Positions 1-7,825 of a stretch of 64,000 nucleotides of DNA are shown here, in pieces. Source of the stretch: an uncultured Gammaproteobacteria bacterium. Lineage in GTDB: Bacteria; Patescibacteriota; Microgenomatia; Daviesbacterales; UBA10151. Position 1 is the first letter of the stretch; every line of letters begins with the position of its first letter. The notes beneath the pieces are model-generated. The model made no database searches, was not told the origin of the DNA, and was given only the letters and a program-made list of their open reading frames with translations. A program made the position numbers and the translations under genes. The stretch lies in assembly GCA_964551605.1 (NCBI GenBank), contig CAZKCV010000002.1:8500-72499 (forward strand), in the 5' to 3' direction.

Positions 1-384
1 GATGATTACCCGGATTTTGTTTCCAAAGCAGCAGAAGCTGTATCAAAAGACCCGACCAGCAGGGGGATTATATTCGGAAGCTCCGGACAAGGAGAGGCAG
101 TAGTTGCCAATAAATTTAAGAATGTGAGAGCTGTAGTTTTTTATACGCCTTGTATCCCCAATCACCATGTAGATGTGACAGGCAGAGTTAGTGAAAATCC
201 TTTAGAGATGATTCGTTTAACCCGTGAACACAACGACGCGAATATTTTGTCAATTGGGGCAAAGATCTTAAAAGAGGAAGATGCATTAAGAGCTATCAAC
301 CTTTGGCTCAAATCTTCTTTTAATGGTGACGAAAGACATGTCAGACGCATTGAAAAAATCCGTAAGATTGAAGAATCTCTATAA
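1..384 (+). CDS. rpiB: Ribose-5-phosphate isomerase B (RpiB/LacA/LacB family), 5' end outside window
   Basis: Frame 1 is open from base 1: DDYPDFV...GIIFGSSGQGEAVVANK...REHNDANILSIGA...RHVRRI, the RpiB signatures; adjacent to rpe and tkt. Confidence 0.9.
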   Translation, partial: DDYPDFVSKAAEAVSKDPTSRGIIFGSSGQGEAVVANKFKNVRAVVFYTPCIPNHHVDVTGRVSENPLEMIRLTREHNDANILSIGAKILKEEDALRAINLWLKSSFNGDERHVRRIEKIRKIEESL

Positions 385-1040
385 TGGTCCAAATTATTCC
401 GGCAATACTTTCTACAACAGAAGAAGACTACAACAGGGATATTTCCCGCTACAAAGCTTCTAAGTCCTTTCAGGATGGCTGGATCCATATTGATTTTATG
501 GATAATGTATTTGTGCCAAATAAAAGTATTGATGCTTCCTCTACGGCAAAGTATCCTACTCCTTTACATAAAGAAGCCCATCTTATGGTAGTACACCCTA
601 AAGATTGGGTAGATGATTTGGTCGAAGCAAATTATGAAAGGGTAATTTTTCATATTGAGATAGAAGATGATAAAGATAAGTGTATAGATTACATCAAAAG
701 TAAGGGTGTTGAGGCAGGATTAGCTATAAATAATGCTACTCCTCTGGAAAAACTGAAGCCTTTTTTAGGAAAAGTTGACTTGGTATTGGTAATGGGAGTG
801 GTGCCGGGATTCCAGGGTCAGCCGTTTATTCCCGAGAGCCTGGATAGAATTAAAGAGCTGGTGCTCATCAGGGCAGAAAACAATTACAATTTTAAGATCG
901 GCATAGATGGGGCGGTCAGGGATACTAATGTTAAAGATATTCACGATTCAAGAGTAGATTTTATTACCATTGGTTCGTATCTGCTAAAGGGTGATATTGA
1001 TCAAAACCTGGAAAATATTTGGGAAGCGATTAATGGATAA
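384..1040 (+). CDS. rpe: Ribulose-phosphate 3-epimerase
   Basis: HIDFMD, EAHLMV, VMGVVPGFQGQ and IDGAV motifs. Confidence 0.92.
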   Translation: MVQIIPAILSTTEEDYNRDISRYKASKSFQDGWIHIDFMDNVFVPNKSIDASSTAKYPTPLHKEAHLMVVHPKDWVDDLVEANYERVIFHIEIEDDKDKCIDYIKSKGVEAGLAINNATPLEKLKPFLGKVDLVLVMGVVPGFQGQPFIPESLDRIKELVLIRAENNYNFKIGIDGAVRDTNVKDIHDSRVDFITIGSYLLKGDIDQNLENIWEAING

Positions 1041-1668
1041 AAACCTCAAGGAAAAGAAGGTTATCAGTGTGCAAAATGTGGCCATTTTTGGCTATGCTGA
1101 CGCTTCGGAGAATGATCATCTGTTTCAGGAAGTCAGGGAAGCCAGTAAAGTTTTGGCAGAAGCCGGATATGTAGTGGTAGACGGGGGTGGGCCGGGAGTG
1201 ATGCGGGCTGCCACAATCGGAGCCAAAGAAGGCGGGGGAAAGGTGATCGGAGTAACCCTTTATTCGGAAGATATTCCCAATTTTGAAGGCAGGGACCCAA
1301 AAAATTTGTTTGACGAGGAGATAAAAACAACCAATTATGTGGAAAGGACTTTAGCTTTGATGAAAACAGGCCAGATCTATTTAGTATTTAACGGAGGCAC
1401 CGGGACGATTTCAGAATTCGGTATGGCCTGGGGTTTAGCAAAGCTTTATTTTGGACACCATAAGCCACTGATTTTATACGGGAAGTTTTGGGAGAATATT
1501 ATTAATGCTTTTAAGGAAAATATGCTGATGCGCCCTCAGGAGATGAAAGTGTATAAGATTGTTGAATCCCCGGAAGGGATACTGGATGCTATCCAGGATT
1601 TTGAAGATGAGCTAAAAAGAGGCATACACAACCACACTTTATCTGCAGACGGCAGTTTCAATATTTAG
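1033..1668 (+). CDS. LOG family protein (nucleotide phosphoribohydrolase / lysine decarboxylase-like)
   Basis: GGGPGVM and NGGTGTISE (PGGxGTxxE-like) motifs. Likely start is ATG 1033, overlapping the rpe end (ORF track starts at 991). Confidence 0.8.
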   Translation: MDKNLKEKKVISVQNVAIFGYADASENDHLFQEVREASKVLAEAGYVVVDGGGPGVMRAATIGAKEGGGKVIGVTLYSEDIPNFEGRDPKNLFDEEIKTTNYVERTLALMKTGQIYLVFNGGTGTISEFGMAWGLAKLYFGHHKPLILYGKFWENIINAFKENMLMRPQEMKVYKIVESPEGILDAIQDFEDELKRGIHNHTLSADGSFNI

Positions 1669-1680
1669 TACAATAGGTTT

Positions 1681-2538
1681 ATGACCCTTGCTGCCCGGGA
1701 TATTCAAAAGCTGGAAGAAAAAGCTAATTTAATCCGCCAGGATATAGTGAAGATGCTTTTAGAGGCAGGTTCCGGCCATTCTGCCGGTCCATTGGGGATG
1801 GCAGATGTTTTCACTGCGTTATATTTTCATATCTTAAATCATGATCCGGAGAAGCCGGATTGGAGTGAGCGCGACCGGTTGGTCTTATCCAACGGCCACA
1901 TTTGCCCGGTTTTATATGCCAGTTTAGCTCATGCCGGCTATTTCCCGGTTCCCGAGCTTATGAGTCTCCGAAAGCTAGACAGCAGATTACAGGGACATCC
2001 CCATAGGAGTGCTTTACCCGGTCTTGAAACTACTTCCGGTCCCTTAGGCTCAGGATTATCCCAGGCAGTGGGAATGGCTTTAGCCGGCAGAATTGATAAA
2101 GCCAAATGGCAGGTTTATTGTTTAATGTCAGACGGTGAACAGGATGCCGGCAACACCTGGGAAGCTGTGATGTTAGCCGGAAAAGAGAGGTTGCATAATT
2201 TAACAGGACTAATTGACCGCAATAATATCCAGATAGATGGTTTTACCGAAGACATCATGCCGCTTGAGAATTTAAGGGCCAAGTATGAAGCTTTTAATTG
2301 GCATGTATTGGAAATTGACGGCCACAACATGCAGGAAATTATTGACGCTTTTGCAGAGGCAAAGGCAATTTTTGAAAAGCCGACTTTAATTATTGCCCAT
2401 ACAATTCCGGGCAAAGGGGTGGATTTTATGGAGAATAAGTTTGAATGGCATGGTAAACCCCCAAGTAAAGAAGAGGCTAAACTAGCTTTGCAAGAGCTAA
2501 GGACTTTACAGGGAAAAATTAAATCGGAGCATCAATGA
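1681..2538 (+). CDS. tkt: Transketolase, N-terminal (TPP-binding) subunit
   Basis: SGHSAG, DRLVLSNGH, LQGHP and SDGE...DRN TPP motif. Confidence 0.93.
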   Translation: MTLAARDIQKLEEKANLIRQDIVKMLLEAGSGHSAGPLGMADVFTALYFHILNHDPEKPDWSERDRLVLSNGHICPVLYASLAHAGYFPVPELMSLRKLDSRLQGHPHRSALPGLETTSGPLGSGLSQAVGMALAGRIDKAKWQVYCLMSDGEQDAGNTWEAVMLAGKERLHNLTGLIDRNNIQIDGFTEDIMPLENLRAKYEAFNWHVLEIDGHNMQEIIDAFAEAKAIFEKPTLIIAHTIPGKGVDFMENKFEWHGKPPSKEEAKLALQELRTLQGKIKSEHQ

Positions 2539-3524
2539 TTAATAAAAACGCCCATTTAAATCCGAAGCTTTTTGATCCTGATATTGAACAAGCGCCATCC
2601 CGTAATGGTTATGGTGAGGGATTAGTCATAGCAGGTGAAGAAAGTGCTCAAGTAGTGGCCTTGTGTGCGGATTTAACTGAATCTACCAGGACTCAGGAGT
2701 TTGCGGAGAAGTTTCCGGAAAGATTTATTGAGATCGGGGTGGCAGAACAGAATTTGGTAACAGTGGCTTCCGGTATGGCCGCAGCTGGCAAAATTCCTTT
2801 TATTTCATCATATGCTACTTTTTCTCCGGGCCGCAATTGGGAACAGATCCGGACTACGGTTTGTTACAATGACTTGCCGGTTAAGATTGTGGGTTCTCAC
2901 GCCGGCGTAACAGTCGGCCCGGATGGCGCCACCCATCAAGCCCTGGAAGACATGGCAATTATGCGGAGTTTACCGAATATGATAGTAATCTCTCCGGCAG
3001 ATTCAATTGAAGCCAGAAAAGCTACTTTGGCTATGGCCAGACTGGCTAAGCCTTGTTATATCCGACTGTCGCGGGATAAAGTTCCGGTGGTTACCACCAA
3101 CCAAACTCCTTTTGAGATAGGTAAGGCTGAGGTTTTCCATGAAGGTAAAGATGTAGTTATAATAGCTACCGGTCAGATGGTATATAGAGCTCTCCTCTGC
3201 GCCAAAGAATTATCTTCGCACAAAATTTCTGTTCGGGTAATAAATTGTTCCACTATTAAACCATTAGATAAAAACACTATTCTAGAAGCCGCGGAAGAAT
3301 GTGGTGCTATGGTAACAGTAGAGGAACATCAGATAACAGGGGGTTTGGGAAGCGCAGTAGCAGAAGTTTTATCCCAGAATTTTCCAATACCCTTAAAAAT
3401 AATTGGTGTGGAAGACCGGTTTGGCGAGTCCGGTGAGCCTAATGAGCTACTGCAAAAATTCGGCTTGACTAAGGAAGCTATAATTAAGGCTGTTACTCAT
3501 GTTTTGCGCATGAAAGGAAAATGA
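2535..3524 (+). CDS. tkt: Transketolase, C-terminal subunit
   Basis: GVAEQN, GPDGATHQ, TIKPLD, EEHQ..GGLG motifs; ATGA overlap with the N-terminal subunit. Confidence 0.93.
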   Translation: MINKNAHLNPKLFDPDIEQAPSRNGYGEGLVIAGEESAQVVALCADLTESTRTQEFAEKFPERFIEIGVAEQNLVTVASGMAAAGKIPFISSYATFSPGRNWEQIRTTVCYNDLPVKIVGSHAGVTVGPDGATHQALEDMAIMRSLPNMIVISPADSIEARKATLAMARLAKPCYIRLSRDKVPVVTTNQTPFEIGKAEVFHEGKDVVIIATGQMVYRALLCAKELSSHKISVRVINCSTIKPLDKNTILEAAEECGAMVTVEEHQITGGLGSAVAEVLSQNFPIPLKIIGVEDRFGESGEPNELLQKFGLTKEAIIKAVTHVLRMKGK

Positions 3525-3952
3525 TTTCTTCAGACTTATCTAACAGGTTGATCTTTGTCTTAAGTTTGCTGGGGCTTGGTGTAGCCTCATTTTTATTTTA
3601 TGAATACAATATTGCCGGTACCATTGTTTGTCCCACCGGCCAGGGTTGTGATATTGTGCGGCTTAGTCCCTATTCCAGTTTTTTTGGCATCTCCATTCCT
3701 TTTTTAGGGATTATTTTCTACTTAACCATGGCAGTTTTGTCTGTGGTGCGTACCCATGGTATTTCATCAAAAATACATACTCTCCAGCTGTTGATTGCGG
3801 CCTCCGGAGTCGGCTTCGGAATTTATCTGACTTACCTGGAAATTTATGTGATCAAGGCGATTTGCTTTTGGTGCGTATTATCGTTTATAATATCCATTGC
3901 GCTTTTACTATCGGTTATTATAGTCCGTAAGTATAATGAAAACAGAAACTAA
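3521..3952 (+). CDS. Vitamin K epoxide reductase (VKOR) family protein
   Basis: Hydrophobic helices, loop C-x5-C (CPTGQGC) and CFWC redox motif; next to dsbA. Confidence 0.9.
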   Translation: MISSDLSNRLIFVLSLLGLGVASFLFYEYNIAGTIVCPTGQGCDIVRLSPYSSFFGISIPFLGIIFYLTMAVLSVVRTHGISSKIHTLQLLIAASGVGFGIYLTYLEIYVIKAICFWCVLSFIISIALLLSVIIVRKYNENRN

Positions 3953-4586
3953 AGTATTAGGTGCTATTTTAATAGGCACGTTGCTTCTGCTTGTAGGCGG
4001 TATATTTTTACTTAGCCGTGGAAGCTCAGGTCCGGCCGGGATCGAGGGAGCTTCTGTTTCGCAGATTGATTATTCAAAAGGGCAAAAAATCGGCAGTGAC
4101 AGCGCCAAGGTAAAATTGGTAGAGTTTTCCGATTTCCAGTGCCCGGCTTGTGAGGCGGCTGAGCCTTTTGTGAGAAATATCCGCACCAGCTATCCTAATG
4201 ATGTTCAGTTTATTTACCGTCATTTCCCGCTGCCCCAGCATGCCTTTGGCAGGGTAGCCTCAGTTTATGCAGAAGCTGCTGCTCTGCAGGGTAAATTCTG
4301 GGAGATGCATGAGAAGTTGTTTGAAACCCAATCAGAGTGGTCTGTCTTGAGTGAAAAAGAGGCTGCTGAGTATTTCTTAAAGATAGCCAAGGAGCTAGGT
4401 TTAGATGAAAATAAAATTAAAGATCAGGTTAGTGATAGTACTATTCAGGCTAAGATTGACAATGACCTGGCTGAAGGCCGCAATCTAGGGGTTAATTCTA
4501 CCCCGACATTTTTCTTAAACGGCAGAAAGCTTACTTTACAAAGATTTGAGGATTTGAACACCGCGGTTTCGAACGCTCTTAAGTAA
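3936..4586 (+). CDS. dsbA: DsbA-family thiol:disulfide oxidoreductase, membrane anchored
   Basis: N-terminal TM, EFSDFQCPAC, RHFPL and GVNSTPTF (cis-Pro) motifs. Confidence 0.88.
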   Translation: MKTETKVLGAILIGTLLLLVGGIFLLSRGSSGPAGIEGASVSQIDYSKGQKIGSDSAKVKLVEFSDFQCPACEAAEPFVRNIRTSYPNDVQFIYRHFPLPQHAFGRVASVYAEAAALQGKFWEMHEKLFETQSEWSVLSEKEAAEYFLKIAKELGLDENKIKDQVSDSTIQAKIDNDLAEGRNLGVNSTPTFFLNGRKLTLQRFEDLNTAVSNALK

Positions 4587-5222
4587 ACTAAACTTTTTGG
4601 CAGGCCAGAAGATAATTAATAACCTAACCGGTATCGCAATAGCAGAAAGCACAAAAGTAATCCGTCCCAAAAACCGCTTGATTACCAAAACTCCTTCTAC
4701 CTGTTCCATTAGATAAAAATGTCCGACAGCTAACCCTAGCGCCAGGTAACTGGTAATTTGGACAGTTTTCCAAGTCTTTGGGCTTAAAAGTTTTAGAGCC
4801 TTTTTGCTGGAGGTTAAAGTTACGAGGAAAAGAATAGTAATTGCGGCCAGTCCTGCCAGGATGCCGGGATATTTAGGATGGGAGTAGTCAACAAACCTTA
4901 ACAGATTAAATTTGTAAAAATAAATAAAGACTAAAGTCACATGAGCTAAAGCTGCTAAAAAGCTGGTAATACCCCAAAATTTACGGTGGGCTTTTAGAAG
5001 ATTCAAACCGGGAAACAATTTGCATATGGGGCCGACTAAGAGGGTAATCGCCAGAAGGCTGATGCTTAAAAGCCCGCTTGTTTTGACCATCTCCGGGGGG
5101 GTGATTTTGCCGAAATTATAAAAAAGAAAAAAAGCCAGGAAAAGCATAATAGGTACCCCTATGTCAAAAAGGCGACGGGTAGAGTTTTTTTCTACATGAT
5201 AATGATAGGGATGGTTTTTCAT
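4536..5222 (-). CDS. Ferric reductase-like transmembrane protein (MsrQ/YedZ-like)
   Basis: About 6 TM segments; HRKFWG..LAH, LTS...WKTVQ..Y...GHF pattern typical of MsrQ/YedZ. Confidence 0.75.
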   Translation of the reverse strand: MKNHPYHYHVEKNSTRRLFDIGVPIMLFLAFFLFYNFGKITPPEMVKTSGLLSISLLAITLLVGPICKLFPGLNLLKAHRKFWGITSFLAALAHVTLVFIYFYKFNLLRFVDYSHPKYPGILAGLAAITILFLVTLTSSKKALKLLSPKTWKTVQITSYLALGLAVGHFYLMEQVEGVLVIKRFLGRITFVLSAIAIPVRLLIIFWPAKKFSLLKSVRNRGVQILKSL

Positions 5223-5275
5223 TGACAGAGAAGTGTCTATATAGATAGTATGATAATAGAAAGAGTTTTGTCAAA

Positions 5276-6082
5276 ATGGATGATCCTGCCCCAAAAGATA
5301 ACTTACTAAATCTTTCCGGAAAAGTAGCCATTGTCACAGGTGGAGCTTTGGGGATTGGTTTTGGAATCGCTTATAGATTGGCTGAAGCCGGGGCAAAGGT
5401 AATGATTGCTGACTTTAAGGAGCAGGAAGCGGCAGCAGCAGTCCAGAAATTAACGGAAAAAGGTTGGACGGCAAAAGCGGTCAAGGTAGATATTTCCAAT
5501 GAGGCGGATGTTTCTAGAATGGTCTTAGAAACAGTTAGTGTTTTTGGAGGATTGGATATTTTAGTCAATAATGCCGGAATTTATCCTTCTATTCCGGTAC
5601 TGCAGATGAGCGTGGGGGATTTTGACCGGGTGATTAATGTAAATTTAAGAGGGGTTTTTCTTTGCACCAAATATGCCTCTGGACAGATGATTAAAGCCGG
5701 AAAAGGGGGCAAGATTATCAATGTTACGTCAATTGATGCGCTTCATCCTTCATCCATCGGACTTGCTCATTATGATGCTTCAAAACACGGAGTGTGGGGT
5801 TTTACCAAAAATGTAGCCTTAGAGCTCGCTGTGCATAAAATATGGGTTAATGCCATAGCTCCGGGAGGTATTGCCACGGAAGGGGTTAAGGCCATGCAGG
5901 CACAAGCGCCTACCGGGGTAGATATGTCTAAAGTGCTGGAAAGTTTTTTGGCTAAAATCCCCATGCACCGGATGGGGGAGCCGGATGATATTGGTAAAGT
6001 AGCCCTCTTTTTAGCTTCAGACATGTCTTCTTACATGACCGGCTGCCAGATTGTAGTGGACGGCGGGGTATTACTGAGTTAG
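5276..6082 (+). CDS. SDR family NAD(P)-dependent oxidoreductase
   Basis: TGGALGIG, NNAG, YDASK (YxxxK) and VDGG motifs. Confidence 0.92.
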   Translation: MDDPAPKDNLLNLSGKVAIVTGGALGIGFGIAYRLAEAGAKVMIADFKEQEAAAAVQKLTEKGWTAKAVKVDISNEADVSRMVLETVSVFGGLDILVNNAGIYPSIPVLQMSVGDFDRVINVNLRGVFLCTKYASGQMIKAGKGGKIINVTSIDALHPSSIGLAHYDASKHGVWGFTKNVALELAVHKIWVNAIAPGGIATEGVKAMQAQAPTGVDMSKVLESFLAKIPMHRMGEPDDIGKVALFLASDMSSYMTGCQIVVDGGVLLS

Positions 6083-6172
6083 CCGGAGGTGAGACAAATT
6101 ATAAGTTTGGACAAGAAACATGAGCATCAGACGGTATAAGATTTATATATATGAGTCATGATTCTAAAAAAG

Positions 6173-6201
6173 TTGCTTTTTCATGTACATAGTGGTACTA
6201 T
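6173..6201 (+). promoter_or_regulatory. Putative sigma70 promoter (extended -10)
   Basis: TTGCTT-17 nt-TACTAT with TG at the extended position, upstream of the 6239 ORF. Confidence 0.5.
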
Positions 6202-6238
6202 GGGTTAATTAGTTTAGCTTTTGAGCAGAAGGCTAATT

Positions 6239-7810
6239 ATGCAGACCATTGAAATGGATGGGGTAAAAGTTGAGAATCCATCAAACTTAAATCCGTCCGA
6301 CGGGCAACCGCCTGATTCCTCCGTGGCGTCACAACATCATCGACGGTCCCACCCTTGGGCTAATAAACTGATACGGTGGGGTTTAGGGTTTTTAACAGTG
6401 GCCGCCCCTGCAGCTGATACCGGTATTAATATTTCCCAGGCCACAGCCCAGGAATTTTCCAAACAACAACCAGTCCATACCTTAGTACAGGAAACTCCTT
6501 CACACGGCACAGTGGCTGAAGATGTAGAAAAAGTTAAATCCTTAATCAGTGCTACTGAATCACTAAGTAATACCATGGCTTTAATTAATATGACAGAGGA
6601 GGAGTTAAAAAATAACCCCCTGGATGTCCGGGGCAAGGGATATCTTAAAGATGCGGATGGCAATGTTACAGTACAATTCCGCCTGAATGGGGACAGGTCC
6701 ATAGACAGGTCCAGAGTAGATCCGTCTACTTCCCAGCTTGAAGCCTACCTGCCTTATGCCCAAAACACCCCTGTGGAATATCCCCAGGCCTTTGCACTCC
6801 ATCCCGAAGGCAGAATAGCAATTCAAGGTGGGAGCGAACAGCCTGGTGGTCTAGAAACCAGACTAGCAATAAATCTTAATTTTGACAGAAATGGCAATAC
6901 TTTTGAAGGAGTGCCCTGGACATTTGGGGCAGGAACCGGGGTGGTCACTGATATTATTTTCGTCCCCCAGATTAATAAGTGGCTGGTGACGGTCAACAGT
7001 ATTGAGAAAAACACCAGTATCTATATTATGACTGTGGGAAATTCAATAATTGATACCAATATTATTCCAACTAATCTTAAAGATAGAGTTGCGGGAGGAT
7101 TAACCACGGCTGCGTATGATGCCTCCAGCAATAAACTAACAGCTTATTCGGCTGGTTCGGCAGATATAATAGGCGGCTTGCTGGAATATGAAATTAATCC
7201 CCAGACAGGAGAGGCCAGCGTCAGGCAGCTGTTTCCGGATGCAGGCTTCCTGGATGGATTACTGGTGGAAAATGACAGCAGCGGGAATACCAAAACAGTC
7301 TATGCCAATAGTCCCAATCAGAGAGCATTTTATATTTTTGATGTAGTTAATGGGACTAGTAGAGCGGTCAATACCTCATTTAGGCAAGAGTTAGCAAGTA
7401 TTGATGGATTTTTAGATGCAAGATTTTACGCCACCAGAAAACTTAATGATACATTCATCTCCGCCGGTTATTATTTTAGGTCAACAGGGGTAGCAGGAGC
7501 GATTGTAATAACCTGGCGGGAGGGAGCGGGGCAAAACGCGGCTCCGGTCTTTCTCAGCAAACAAGTGGTAGCCTCAAGAGATGGAGAGGATAATCCCCTG
7601 ACTATTGTATATAACGGCCTGGAATTACTTAAGTTCGGTAATTCACCTGTGGCTTTGGCAAAGATTAACCCTTTAGGTGAAATGGCAGCTGCCATTGGCC
7701 CGGATGGTAAATTCAGCCCGGAGCGGTATTTTCCCAATAAAAAGGCTGAGCAAAGATTAACCCGGGTCTATCTACCTGCAGTTCACAAAAATTTTGGCGG
7801 ACACTGGTAA
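6239..7810 (+). CDS. Hypothetical exported/membrane-anchored protein, beta-rich, C-terminal VYLPAVxK motif
   Basis: Long ORF (track 6221..7810; first ATG 6239) with a hydrophobic stretch near residues 50-65; no recognisable catalytic motif. Confidence 0.7.
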   Translation: MQTIEMDGVKVENPSNLNPSDGQPPDSSVASQHHRRSHPWANKLIRWGLGFLTVAAPAADTGINISQATAQEFSKQQPVHTLVQETPSHGTVAEDVEKVKSLISATESLSNTMALINMTEEELKNNPLDVRGKGYLKDADGNVTVQFRLNGDRSIDRSRVDPSTSQLEAYLPYAQNTPVEYPQAFALHPEGRIAIQGGSEQPGGLETRLAINLNFDRNGNTFEGVPWTFGAGTGVVTDIIFVPQINKWLVTVNSIEKNTSIYIMTVGNSIIDTNIIPTNLKDRVAGGLTTAAYDASSNKLTAYSAGSADIIGGLLEYEINPQTGEASVRQLFPDAGFLDGLLVENDSSGNTKTVYANSPNQRAFYIFDVVNGTSRAVNTSFRQELASIDGFLDARFYATRKLNDTFISAGYYFRSTGVAGAIVITWREGAGQNAAPVFLSKQVVASRDGEDNPLTIVYNGLELLKFGNSPVALAKINPLGEMAAAIGPDGKFSPERYFPNKKAEQRLTRVYLPAVHKNFGGHW

Positions 7811-7825
7811 AACAAAAATAAATTT

